Below are positions 7,673 through 17,535 of a DNA stretch of 64,000 nucleotides, piece after piece. The position numbers were made by a program, and so were the translations under genes. The stretch spans positions 104,322 through 168,321 of the forward strand of contig JADBJJ010000008.1 of NCBI GenBank assembly GCA_014874475.1. The letters are read 5' to 3'. The notes below the pieces were generated by a model. The model was not told where the DNA came from, ran no database searches, and was given only the letters and a program-made list of their open reading frames with translations. Origin of the DNA: Chloroflexota bacterium. Its GTDB lineage: Bacteria > Chloroflexota > Anaerolineae > B4-G1 > DUEL01. How positions within the stretch are numbered: position 1 is the first letter of the stretch; the number at the start of each line of letters is the position of its first letter.

Positions 7673-10264
7673 GTGGTTCCGTTTTTCTGGCCCCCTATGG
7701 ACCCTGTCCTCTCCCTTCTGGCCCGCCTGCGGGCGGACCCCGATTTGATGCGCAATGTGACGGCCTGGGAGCAATTGCCGGCCCGGACGGCCCGCACCGC
7801 TCCCTGGCCCGTCGCCCTGGCCTCCCGGCTGGTAGAGGTCGCGCGCGGTGCAGGCATAGAGGCTCCATACACCCACCAGGCCGAGGCCGTCACCGCCGCG
7901 CTGGACGGCCACAACGTCGTCCTGGCGACCGCCGCCGCCTCTGGCAAGTCTCTGGCAATCCATCTCCCCGTTCTGCAAACCCTCTTGACCGACCCGACGG
8001 CCACTGCTATCTACCTCTTCCCCACCAAAGCCCTGGCTCACGACCAACTGGCGACCCTGCGGCCGCTGCTGATGCCTTTCCCGTCCATCGTCGCCGCCGC
8101 CTACGACGGCGATACCCCCACCAGCCAGCGGACCACCATCCGCCAGAAGGCGCGTCTGCTGGTGACCAATCCGGATATGCTCCACATGGGCATTCTGCCC
8201 TACCACACCCGCTGGGCCCGCTTCCTCTCTGGCCTGCGCTGGGTCGTCCTGGACGAACTCCACGTCTACCACGGGGTGTTTGGGAGCCACGTCGCCAACG
8301 TCCTGCGGAGACTGCGCCGGGTCTGTCGTTTCTACGGCGCCGCTCCCCATTTCCTCTGCGCCTCCGCCACCATCGCCAACCCCCGGGGACTGGCCGAACG
8401 GCTGTTGGAGGCAGAGGTCTATCCGGTGGTAGAGGACGGGGCACCGCGCGGGGAGAAACATGTCCTCATCTATAACCCGCCCCTGGTGGACCCGGCTCTG
8501 GGCTTGCGTCGTCCGCTTCTCCTGGCCGCGCTGGACATCGCCAGCCACATTCTTCCAGCAGACCTGCAGACCATTTTCTTCGCCCGCTCCCGTCTGAGCA
8601 CCGAAGTCCTTCTGGGCTACCTGCGGGAACGGGCCCCCGCGTGGGGGCAGGACCCCGCCGCCATCCGAGGCTATCGGGGCGGCTACCTGCCCTCCCAGCG
8701 GCGGGAGATTGAACAGGGTCTGCGAGAAGGGACGGTCCGGGCTGTCGTCGCCACCAATGCGCTGGAACTGGGCGTGGATATCGGGCAGATGGCCGCCTGC
8801 GTCATGGTCGGCTATCCCGGCTCCGTCGCCAGCACCTGGCAGCAAGCCGGCCGGGCCGGACGCCGGGCCGGGGCATCGCTGGTCGTCCTGATCGCCGGGT
8901 CCTCGCCGCTGGACCAGTACCTGGCGACCCATCCGGAGTTCCTCTTCGGCCGACCGATGGAGGAAGCCCACTTGAATCCCGATAACCCGGCCGTCCTGGT
9001 TGACCACGTCGCCTGCGCCGCGTACGAGTTGCCCTTTGAGCCCGGCGAGTCCTTCGGGACCCTGCCGGACGTGGGGGGGTGGCTCTGTCTGCTGGAGGAG
9101 ACGGGCGACCTGCACCGCTCGGACGGGCGGTACATATGGGTCGGGGAGAGGGAGCCCGCGCGGGCGGTCAACCTGCGCACCAGCACCCCCGATGTGGTAG
9201 TCATTCAGGATGTCAGCACGGACCCGCCGCAAGTCATCGGTGAGATAGACCGCGCCAGCGCGCCCATACTGGTCTATCCAGGCGCCATCTACCTGCACGA
9301 GGCCGACATGTACCGGGTGGAGAACCTGGACTGGGACGCGGGGCTGGCGCAGGTGCGGGCGGTAGAGGTGGACTACTATACCCGCGCCAGCGCAATCACA
9401 GAAGTCCAGGTTCTGGAGACACTGGGGAGCGCCAGCCGCCAGGCCGGTATGGACTGGGCCGTCTCCTGGGGGGTTATAGAGGTCACCCGCCGTGTCACCG
9501 GTTACCGGCAGATTCGCCGCTACACCCACGAGGTACTGGGCGGGGAGGAGGTAGACCTGCCGGAGGGGCGTATGGAGACGGTGGGAGTCTGGATAGACCT
9601 GGGGCCGGAACTGGTGGAGCAATTGCAGGAGGAACAGGTGCTCCACCTGCCCACTCACTATGGCCCGGACTGGCCGGCGCAGCGGGCGGCGGCGCTGGCC
9701 CGGGACGGCTACCGCTGTCGCCACTGCGGAGCGCCGGCGCAGGAGGGACGTCCGCTGGAGGTTCACCATCGGGTCCCTTTCGCCGTCTTTGGTTACATTC
9801 CGGGGAAGAACGACTTTTACCGTCTGGCGAACCGGCTGGAGAACCTCATCACCCTCTGCCCGACCTGCCACCGGCAGGTGGAGCGAGCCCGCGGGGCCCG
9901 TAGCGCGCTCTCCGGCCTGGCCTACTTGCTGCGTGGCCTGGCGCCGCTTTACGTCCTCTGTGCGCCGGGGGACCTGGAGACGGTGGTGGAGCCGCGTACG
10001 TGGGAGACCCACCTCCCCCGGGTGACCGTGTACGACCGGGTGCCGGGCGGGGCGGGCCTTTCAGCGCGCCTCTACGAGTTGCTGACGGAGGGGACAGCGC
10101 TTCTGGAGGCTGCGCGGGAGCAGGTGGCAACCTGTCCATGTGCGGACGGATGCCCGGCCTGCGTGGGGCCGGTGGGGGAGCAGGAAGAGGGGACCAAAGA
10201 GCGGACGCGCCGGCTGCTGGAGAAGATGCTGGCCCTGGCGGGTTTACCCAGAGCGGCCAGGTAG
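7673..10264 (+). CDS. DEAD/DEAH-box helicase of the MrfA/YprA (DUF1998) family with an HNH-type motif in the C-terminal domain
   Basis: Helicase motifs I (AASGKS), II (DELH), III (SAT), VI (QQAGRAGRR). C-terminus has CRHC..HH..N..CPTCH and a second CPCADGCPAC cluster. Start is a GTG at 7673; an alternative ATG is at 7697. Confidence 0.85.
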   Translation: MVPFFWPPMDPVLSLLARLRADPDLMRNVTAWEQLPARTARTAPWPVALASRLVEVARGAGIEAPYTHQAEAVTAALDGHNVVLATAAASGKSLAIHLPVLQTLLTDPTATAIYLFPTKALAHDQLATLRPLLMPFPSIVAAAYDGDTPTSQRTTIRQKARLLVTNPDMLHMGILPYHTRWARFLSGLRWVVLDELHVYHGVFGSHVANVLRRLRRVCRFYGAAPHFLCASATIANPRGLAERLLEAEVYPVVEDGAPRGEKHVLIYNPPLVDPALGLRRPLLLAALDIASHILPADLQTIFFARSRLSTEVLLGYLRERAPAWGQDPAAIRGYRGGYLPSQRREIEQGLREGTVRAVVATNALELGVDIGQMAACVMVGYPGSVASTWQQAGRAGRRAGASLVVLIAGSSPLDQYLATHPEFLFGRPMEEAHLNPDNPAVLVDHVACAAYELPFEPGESFGTLPDVGGWLCLLEETGDLHRSDGRYIWVGEREPARAVNLRTSTPDVVVIQDVSTDPPQVIGEIDRASAPILVYPGAIYLHEADMYRVENLDWDAGLAQVRAVEVDYYTRASAITEVQVLETLGSASRQAGMDWAVSWGVIEVTRRVTGYRQIRRYTHEVLGGEEVDLPEGRMETVGVWIDLGPELVEQLQEEQVLHLPTHYGPDWPAQRAAALARDGYRCRHCGAPAQEGRPLEVHHRVPFAVFGYIPGKNDFYRLANRLENLITLCPTCHRQVERARGARSALSGLAYLLRGLAPLYVLCAPGDLETVVEPRTWETHLPRVTVYDRVPGGAGLSARLYELLTEGTALLEAAREQVATCPCADGCPACVGPVGEQEEGTKERTRRLLEKMLALAGLPRAAR

Positions 10265-10291
10265 GACGGCTTTTTCAGGCCGTCGTTTTCC
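10265..10291 (+). terminator. hairpin terminator after the helicase (GACGGC-8nt-GCCGTC then GTTTTCC); second hairpin GGCGGGCT-TTCC-AGCCCGCC at about 10306-10325
   Basis: Two GC-rich stem-loops with T tracts on the plus strand, in the 62-nt convergent gap between the helicase and the GH57 gene. Confidence 0.5.
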
Positions 10292-10326
10292 GGGCTATTG
10301 CCCACGGCGGGCTTTCCAGCCCGCCT

Positions 10327-11697
10327 TTACCGCAACATATGTTCCAGTAAATCCGCCCCGCTGCGGCCCGTCCGCCAACTGACAGCCAGCCGCAAGTCGC
10401 GCCGGAAGCCTGCTGTCAGGTCCTCGCCGGTGGCGTAGCGGGTGAGCGCCAGGGCAAGGACCGCGTTGGCGATGGCGTAGCGCGGCTCAGACCGGTCCAG
10501 GTCCTCAAAGAAAAAGGTGCAACTGGCGTACATCCGCTGGCGGTAGAACTGCGCTTCCAGAAGCCACAGGAGCCGCCGGGCCTGGTCGGTCGTCAGATGG
10601 CCCAGGCCGTTGCCGCAAAGAAAGGTCTCTCCGTCCATCTGCCCCAGAACGACCGCGATGTAGGCATCCCGGAGGGGCCAGGGGGCCAGCCCCAACCGCT
10701 GGGCCTCGCAGGTGTAGACTCCATCCAGTTCGCAGGTCAGGTTATCCAGCGCGCGCCGCAGCGCCGCCTTCCAGCGGCCATCGCCCGGAGTGCAGGGACA
10801 GCCCAGCGCCCAGCGGTTCAGGTTGTGCTCGCAACTCCAGGCACTGTTCTCCACCACCTCCACTTCGGCCTGGGGCGGATGCTCCCGGAAATACGTCCCC
10901 AGCGTGACCGGCGGGCATCCCACCGCCGCCGCGCCGTCCAGGATGCGCTCCAGTACCTCCAACCCTTCGGGATGATGATGGCCGAACGTCTCCCCGTCCG
11001 TGGCGATCAGCACCAGCCCCCCGCGCCGGCAGCGCCATTCCAGATGTTCCCGCAACCACTGCTCTGTGTTCTCCGGCGCGGGCATCCCGAACGCCAGCGC
11101 GTCCGAAAGGGCGCGGTCCCGGACAAATACGGCGATTTCCCGCCCTCCGGGCAGTCGGACCCGGTACGGCCCGGCTCCGTCGGTCAGGTCGCCCCGGACC
11201 TGCTGGTCGGAGAGGATCGTAAACCGGATCCCTTCCGCCGCCATGACCTCCAATGTCTCCAGGTCCACCGCCATCTCTGGCAGCCACATCCCCTCCGGCG
11301 GGTGGCCGAAACGGTGGGTGAAACTGGCGATCCCCCAGCGGACCTGACAGATTTTATCCCGATGGCGGGCCAGAGGGAGAATCGTATGATGAACGGACTG
11401 GGCGATGCCGTTCCCGGCGCCGTGGGCCTGATAGACGGCGCGCTCCTCGGCGACGATGTGCTCATACGTATCGTGGGCGTATTCGTCCAGCCAGCGGGCC
11501 AGGGTGGCGCCCAGGTTGAAACTGATGCGGCCAAAGAGACCCCGCCGGGCCATAGGCCCGTAGCACTCGGCGGTGATGCGCTCATTCCAATTGGCGTACG
11601 GCGCCGCGTCCGGCTCGCGCGGGACTTTCCCGGTGAACGGGTCCACCCGCGGCGGCTGGTAGAAGTGACCGTGAATGCAGAAAGCCGCAGATTTCAT
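10327..11697 (-). CDS. glycoside hydrolase family 57 protein
   Basis: N-terminal CIHGHFYQPPR GH57 signature. 456 aa. Confidence 0.85.
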   Translation of the reverse strand: MKSAAFCIHGHFYQPPRVDPFTGKVPREPDAAPYANWNERITAECYGPMARRGLFGRISFNLGATLARWLDEYAHDTYEHIVAEERAVYQAHGAGNGIAQSVHHTILPLARHRDKICQVRWGIASFTHRFGHPPEGMWLPEMAVDLETLEVMAAEGIRFTILSDQQVRGDLTDGAGPYRVRLPGGREIAVFVRDRALSDALAFGMPAPENTEQWLREHLEWRCRRGGLVLIATDGETFGHHHPEGLEVLERILDGAAAVGCPPVTLGTYFREHPPQAEVEVVENSAWSCEHNLNRWALGCPCTPGDGRWKAALRRALDNLTCELDGVYTCEAQRLGLAPWPLRDAYIAVVLGQMDGETFLCGNGLGHLTTDQARRLLWLLEAQFYRQRMYASCTFFFEDLDRSEPRYAIANAVLALALTRYATGEDLTAGFRRDLRLAVSWRTGRSGADLLEHMLR

Positions 11698-11786
11698 ATC
11701 TCAAGCCGCTGGTCGTAGATTTATATGTCGCAGGGCGCAGAGAGCATAACAGGGCAGGACAACCGCTCACCCGTTGGTCCGACCCC

Positions 11787-12704
11787 CTACCGGCCGGAAA
11801 GGATGCGGCGCATAGTCTCCGGGTCGTATCCGACCAGGCCCACCGTCCCCAATCGCTCCAGCAGGGTGGCCCAGAGGGGGTTGCGGGCGAAGACCTCCCG
11901 GAACAGGGGCAGCGCTTCCTCCAGCCGTCCGGCATCGGCCAGGGTGACCGCGTGCCAGAAGCGAATTTCCTCATGGTCTGAGGCCATCCGGTCAGCAGCG
12001 CGGTACTCCTCCAGTGCCCGCTCCACCTCCCCTTTGCCCAGCCATTCGTCTCCCTGGTTCATATGCCGGTAGGCTCGGTGGAGTCCGATTAGACGGCGGA
12101 GTTCAGCGATGGGTTGGGGATGGTCTTCCACCCGCAGGTCCATCACCGTATCCGCCCAGGGGCGGCCCGTGGAGAGAGGCTCCACGATGAGGATGCAGGC
12201 GCTCTGCTGGCCGCGGATGTCGCCGCCGGCGGCCTGTCCGGCCTCCAGCGCCGCCAGCAACCGCTCCGCCAGGTCGCCGGATGACTCCCGGTACGCGCGG
12301 GCCATCGCCGGCCAGACCTCCACTCCCAGCATCATGTTGGCCTGGACGGAGAATCCATCGCCGACTTCATGCCCAGCCTCCGGGATGCATCGCTGGCCAG
12401 TGTGGACGGCGACCCGTCCTTGAGCGTCCACCATAGCGACCTGTCGGAGGTCCCGACCGTCGTCGGCGGCCAGGAGGGCTGAAAGGGCCTGAGGGGCCGA
12501 ATAGCCCGCCCGCATCAGGGCCAGCCCCAGCGGGCCATAGCGAACATCCACCAGCGCCTGGGTGGCGACAGCACCAACGCCAGCCTCCGCCCAGGATACT
12601 ACCGACCCGACGGAGAACCAGTGGGACTGAACCGCTATCCCCAGTTGTCCGGTCTGCGGGTCGCGGGCGACGATGGAGAATGTACGGGCACAGGGGAAGC
12701 GCAT
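11787..12704 (-). CDS. DUF1028 (Ntn-hydrolase-like) family protein
   Basis: MRFPCARTFSIVARDPQTGQLGIAVQSHWF matches the DUF1028 N-terminus. Start moved to the internal ATG preceded by GAAGGAGG. Confidence 0.65.
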   Translation of the reverse strand: MRFPCARTFSIVARDPQTGQLGIAVQSHWFSVGSVVSWAEAGVGAVATQALVDVRYGPLGLALMRAGYSAPQALSALLAADDGRDLRQVAMVDAQGRVAVHTGQRCIPEAGHEVGDGFSVQANMMLGVEVWPAMARAYRESSGDLAERLLAALEAGQAAGGDIRGQQSACILIVEPLSTGRPWADTVMDLRVEDHPQPIAELRRLIGLHRAYRHMNQGDEWLGKGEVERALEEYRAADRMASDHEEIRFWHAVTLADAGRLEEALPLFREVFARNPLWATLLERLGTVGLVGYDPETMRRILSGR

Positions 12705-12897
12705 CGGACCTCCTTCAGCGGAAGGGGATGGTCTTTCGGAAAATCCAGCAGTCCACGCAGCGACGATGTACTCCTCCTTCAGGACTTTCACACATGGTAA
12801 ACCGGGTCATCCGGATAGTCAAGCCGATGGTAAGGGACACACGGGTTCAGAGCATCGGCCGCCCGCCGCCCTCTACCCCCTCTGTTCATCCTGCCCC

Positions 12898-15800
12898 TCA
12901 CTCCGCCCCCACCACCTCGTAGATTCGCACCCCTTCCCGGTCATAGACGACCCGCAGAAGTCCCCGAACAACCATCCCATCAAACTTGGAGAGCCCGGCA
13001 GCATCATAATAGAGGCGTTCGTAAGGGCCCACATAGACGTAGCGAACTCCGTACTGGCGCAGAATCGCCAGCGCCCGGTCTGGGTCGGGGGTGTTGTAGC
13101 ACTCCCGTACATACCAGTGGCGCCGATCTACCTCCTCTCCCATTCCCTGCTGCACTTCGTGCCAGCGCCAGCCAACGACCGCAGGCAGGCCAGTGTAGAT
13201 AGAAATGCGGCTCTGCCAGAGGTACTCCCGCTCCCCCAGCCCCTCCAGGATCACCGGCGAACCCTGAACATTCTCCAGTAACCAGAGAATCCCCCCATAA
13301 TCCGGCCCCAGGTCTACCTCCCCCCGCACATCCCTGGTACGGCTATAGCGGATGTAGGCCATACCGTCCAGCGTGGGGCCGGTGGCATGGGTGAACCGGT
13401 CCCTTATCTTGGCCGGGATGCTCATGATCGGGAAGAGAGCCGTGGCGAATATGATGGCCCCCATTGCCACCCACCAGAGGCGCCGGATGTCGGCGGGCCA
13501 GGCGTCGCTGACCCTGGCCAACTCCACCAGCGCGGCCGCCGCACTCACTGAGAGCAGAGTCCAGGCCTGGAAGTAGAATTTGAAGACGGTGTTCATCCGA
13601 CCGATGTCCCCCTCCAGCACCAGGACCTCCACGCCCAGGGTCAGCGCCAGAGCCACCGCCATCCAGAACGCAGGCAGGGCGCGGTGTGCGGGGAGCAGAA
13701 AGGCCAGGACGAAAGCAAGGACGCCCATCGGCAGGGCCACCGCGGCCACTGGCACTCCCAGACCGGCGGCCATCAGCCCACAGACCAACGCTCCCCCCAA
13801 CCCGAGGAAAAACAGCGAAAGCCGTCGGCCCGAAAGCACCTGCCAGGTATCCACCACCAGAAGCGCGCCCAGCGGCAGGAGAAACTGGCCCAGCAGCAAG
13901 ATGTAAATGTCCAGCGGCGTGCGGGCATCCGTCCAGAGGCGCATCCGATCGTAGGGAGCGATATAGGCCCGGATGTACGGAAGGAACAGCAACACCGTCA
14001 GCCCGGCCAACAGGAGGGGATAGAGAAGGGCACGCCCCCAATGCCGCTTCACCTCACTCTGCGGCTCGCCCCGAACCAGAGACCAGGCCAGCACGGCCAT
14101 CCCCAGCAGGAGATAGGTGGGGTAGTCCCAGGTATTGGTCGCCCGGAGAGCGCCAATGATGAGAGCGGCCAGTAGCAAAGATAGCCCTCGCGAACTCTTC
14201 TGCGAATGCCCCTGCCGGAATTGCAGGGCCCATTCCACCATCACCACCAGCGCGCAGAGGGTGTACGGCAGGGCCAGAAGGTGAGCGTGCAGGTCGGCAT
14301 AGAGAAATGTGAACGCCGGGAATTCCGTGATCGGACCCACTCCACTGGCATCCGGCGGAATCATCCGGGTGGGATACCAGTAGGGCGTCTCCGGACGGAG
14401 GGGCAGAGGGGCGCCACCCAGGACCATCCCGAAGCCCCTCAGCGCCTGGACCAGCGACTCCAAGCCCGGAATGGTACTCCGGAAAGGGATTTCGCCCGCG
14501 ACCAGCCGGAAACTGTCGTATAGAAGCCGCGCCTCCCCCAGGTTCCCCAAGACCAGAACGAACAGAACAGCAAGAAGGCCCGCGATTTGTGGACGCGCAG
14601 ACACCGCTCTGCTATCGTTTCCTGGCTGGATGCCAGCAACAAGGTTGAAAGCCACAGAGAAAGCCGCTCCCCCCACCAGGGCATAGAAAAGGGCCAGGGC
14701 CAGATTGTAGGCAATGGAGGGCATAATGCCCGCCAGTTTCGCCAGTGTCCCCACCAGGACAAAGCCGAAGTAGTAGTAGTTAACGTAGCCGCCAGCGAAC
14801 CAGGGATTGTAGGGCGGGAACCAGGTGGATTTGATGACGGCGTTCAGATAGGCGAAGTCCATTGGCTTCTCGCCCCCGACCACCGGATGCCAGAGGTCGG
14901 GGTTTTGAGCCCGTACCCAGGCCCAGAAGGCATAGAGGACCAGAAACAGGCCCTCGTACATCAAAAGCAGCCCTCCGGACCGGCGCAGGAAGTCCCGGAA
15001 CTCGCCCCAGCGTCGCCAGACCACCCAGATGCCGGCCATCGCCATCAGGAAAGCACTCAAGGCGATGGTGCCGCGCGTGTTGGGTAGAATCCGCAGGCTG
15101 GCTGCCAACCAGGTTAAGTAGGAGACCGCCAGCAGACCGACCGCGCGGGCAATGCCGTAACCCCGGTCGGTCAGGCGGGGAAGGGCCCGCCAGAGAATAG
15201 GGAAAACCAGCCATCCCAGCCCTCCCGCCACCAGATACCAGACAGCCGCTGCCAAAAACGATGAGCGGTTCAGCGGGCTCCTCAGGTCAAACATCGCCGA
15301 CCAGGTCCCGCCCGCCCGCTGCTGGGCCCAGGTCTGCTCGTCTATGATGGGTCGCCGCTGCGTCTGGGGGCTTCCCCCAGATGGTATGAAAGGAAGAATC
15401 TGCCGCCATATCCGCAGGGTCTCCTGCTTCGGGGTCACCCAGACCACGTGATCCAGCAGGGAGGCCGGCAGCAAGGCCTCCGCTCGCTCCCGCGAGTACG
15501 CGGCCGTTTTGCGGAAGATGAGGACGCGAGGGTGGTCGTAGACGCTAAAGGCCTCCTCCGCTGGAGGGAGAAACACCGAGCGCGGCGCCGCCCGGTACTG
15601 GTACGAGGCCTCCGGAACGGGGAACGGCTCCTCCGTATCCGGGAACTGGAAGGGGCCAAGAGCCGGATAGGAAGTGAAATCGGCCACCAGTTCAAAGCCC
15701 AGTTCCCCGCTGAACAGGGCGCGATAATACGCGATGGTCAGCGGATAACGGGTCGGCAACCGGACAATGGAAGCATAGAGACGGTTGGAGCCGATGATGA

Positions 15801-17526
15801 TGTAATCCGCTTCATCCAGCCAGTTCAGCAGGTCCTCCCGCTTCTGGGGCGTGTCGTCATGGTAGAGTTGCAGAGTGCCGTCGGAACTGGTAGAGAGTCC
15901 CCGGTACATCCCGCCGAAGGGGTCTTTGCCGTCCACCCGCAGCGGGGGTGCCCAGTCCCAGTGCTCCGTCGCCAGGACAGAACCCAGAGGGACGTTCTGA
16001 AAAATCCAGCGGGAGGCCGCGATGCGGGTATGGGGCCGCCGGTAGACGGAGGTGAAGGCCAGAGCCCAGAGCAGGGTCACCAGGAGCAGGATTACAGGGA
16101 GCAAGGTGGTAAGGAACAGAAGGGCTTTCCGCTTCGCTTTGTGCTGGACCACACGCGCACGAGTCCAAATGCGGACCAGGAGCCAGGCTGCCAGGAGGAC
16201 AAAGGCCGGATAGACCGGCAAGAGATAACGGACAGATTTGACCCATTGGGTACCCTGGTAGAGGAAATAGCCGGTGGCCCAGAGCCAGGGGAGGAGGAGA
16301 GGTTCCCTCGCCAGGGCCATTAGCCCCTCCCGCCGCCAGCGGCGAAGCAAATGGGCACCACCCCACCCCCATCCGGCCCAGGCCGCCAGCCCCAGGGGTA
16401 GGCCCAGTCCCCAGAAGACCATGTTGACCCAGGGGAAGAGCAGCGGCAACCGGTTGGTCCACTGATGGCCGGGATAAGTATCCACCGCGCCGGACATCAG
16501 CCCGCGCACCTCAGCCATGTTTTTGAGCCATTGGGGGTTGAAACGCAGTCCGAAGAGGCCGGGGCCCATAAAGGCGTAGGGCTGGGCCAGGCGGAAGGCC
16601 AGGAAGGCCCCCAGGAGCGCACAGGCGCCGAGGAGCACCAGGCGCAGGGCAGCCTGGCGCAGGCATATCGCTCCGCTATCGCTCCGGGGCGCATTCCGAA
16701 CCACACTGGCGAGAGCCGCCAGCCCCACCAGCAGGCCCAGGGGCCAGACGCTGATTTTGCAGGCCATGCCCAGTCCGGTGGTCAGGCCGGCCAGAAGGGC
16801 ATAGATGTACGGATAGGCAGGAGCAAACCTTGCCCCTTCATCGCGGCTTTCAGGATCGGGGGCATGGGAGGGCAGCTCTTGCGGTTGCCCCTTCTCGCGG
16901 CCACTTTGGGCCAGGCAGAGAGCCAAGTAGAGAGTCACTGCGACGAAGAAATTGGCACAAGCGTCCACCGTGTAGAAATGGGATTGCTGGATGGGCAGGA
17001 CAGCCAGCGCATAGAGGGAGGCCGCCAGCAACCCCAGGCCGTCGGAGCGGAGCCGCCGCCCGGCCAAGAAGACAAAAAGGATGCTCCCGGTGTCCAGAAG
17101 GGCCGCCAACAGTCGCCCCAGATGGCGAGCGCCTCCGCCGCTAAAACTCCCCGGCCAGCAGGCCGACGAATTCCCCAGGAGCACGGGGGCCAGCAGGCGG
17201 GCCGGAAGGGAAACCGCCGTCCCGTCCCGGCATCCCCGGTCCAGCGCCTCCCCCACCGCGCGGGTGAGGAACAGGGGCAACGTGCCGTAAACGAAGAACC
17301 CGTATCCGCGGTTGTAGGGGTTCAGCGGAGAGTTGGCCGTATCCAGGTAGAGGGACAGGCGGTTGGGAAGGCTAACCGCCGCCGTCACCTGGCGCAGAAA
17401 CTCCTCATCCGGATGGATGGGCTGCCCTTCACCCCAGCCCAACCCGACCAGACGAAAGGACAGGCCCACCAGCAGAACCGCCAGAAGGAAAAAGGACGTT
17501 TCCCAGCGGGAGTTTCGTTGCTCCAT
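12898..17526 (-). CDS. 1542-aa polytopic membrane protein: N-terminal PMT_2/ArnT-like GT-C glycosyltransferase module fused to a DUF2298 module
   Basis: More than 20 predicted TM helices. N-terminal approx 550 aa resemble dolichyl/undecaprenyl-phosphate-sugar dependent GT-C enzymes. The YYFGFVLVGTLAKLAGI... region matches DUF2298. Confidence 0.8.
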   Translation of the reverse strand: MEQRNSRWETSFFLLAVLLVGLSFRLVGLGWGEGQPIHPDEEFLRQVTAAVSLPNRLSLYLDTANSPLNPYNRGYGFFVYGTLPLFLTRAVGEALDRGCRDGTAVSLPARLLAPVLLGNSSACWPGSFSGGGARHLGRLLAALLDTGSILFVFLAGRRLRSDGLGLLAASLYALAVLPIQQSHFYTVDACANFFVAVTLYLALCLAQSGREKGQPQELPSHAPDPESRDEGARFAPAYPYIYALLAGLTTGLGMACKISVWPLGLLVGLAALASVVRNAPRSDSGAICLRQAALRLVLLGACALLGAFLAFRLAQPYAFMGPGLFGLRFNPQWLKNMAEVRGLMSGAVDTYPGHQWTNRLPLLFPWVNMVFWGLGLPLGLAAWAGWGWGGAHLLRRWRREGLMALAREPLLLPWLWATGYFLYQGTQWVKSVRYLLPVYPAFVLLAAWLLVRIWTRARVVQHKAKRKALLFLTTLLPVILLLVTLLWALAFTSVYRRPHTRIAASRWIFQNVPLGSVLATEHWDWAPPLRVDGKDPFGGMYRGLSTSSDGTLQLYHDDTPQKREDLLNWLDEADYIIIGSNRLYASIVRLPTRYPLTIAYYRALFSGELGFELVADFTSYPALGPFQFPDTEEPFPVPEASYQYRAAPRSVFLPPAEEAFSVYDHPRVLIFRKTAAYSRERAEALLPASLLDHVVWVTPKQETLRIWRQILPFIPSGGSPQTQRRPIIDEQTWAQQRAGGTWSAMFDLRSPLNRSSFLAAAVWYLVAGGLGWLVFPILWRALPRLTDRGYGIARAVGLLAVSYLTWLAASLRILPNTRGTIALSAFLMAMAGIWVVWRRWGEFRDFLRRSGGLLLMYEGLFLVLYAFWAWVRAQNPDLWHPVVGGEKPMDFAYLNAVIKSTWFPPYNPWFAGGYVNYYYFGFVLVGTLAKLAGIMPSIAYNLALALFYALVGGAAFSVAFNLVAGIQPGNDSRAVSARPQIAGLLAVLFVLVLGNLGEARLLYDSFRLVAGEIPFRSTIPGLESLVQALRGFGMVLGGAPLPLRPETPYWYPTRMIPPDASGVGPITEFPAFTFLYADLHAHLLALPYTLCALVVMVEWALQFRQGHSQKSSRGLSLLLAALIIGALRATNTWDYPTYLLLGMAVLAWSLVRGEPQSEVKRHWGRALLYPLLLAGLTVLLFLPYIRAYIAPYDRMRLWTDARTPLDIYILLLGQFLLPLGALLVVDTWQVLSGRRLSLFFLGLGGALVCGLMAAGLGVPVAAVALPMGVLAFVLAFLLPAHRALPAFWMAVALALTLGVEVLVLEGDIGRMNTVFKFYFQAWTLLSVSAAAALVELARVSDAWPADIRRLWWVAMGAIIFATALFPIMSIPAKIRDRFTHATGPTLDGMAYIRYSRTRDVRGEVDLGPDYGGILWLLENVQGSPVILEGLGEREYLWQSRISIYTGLPAVVGWRWHEVQQGMGEEVDRRHWYVRECYNTPDPDRALAILRQYGVRYVYVGPYERLYYDAAGLSKFDGMVVRGLLRVVYDREGVRIYEVVGAE

Positions 17527-17535
17527 AGGGGTCTC

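Noticed and set aside
5651-10264. Calling the deaminase/helicase pair a RADAR system
   Set aside because: There is no sequence-level resemblance to RdrA (AAA ATPase) or RdrB (large adenosine deaminase). Only the conceptual parallel (deaminase + NTP-binding + NTPase) holds, so it is reported as a candidate novel module, not as RADAR.
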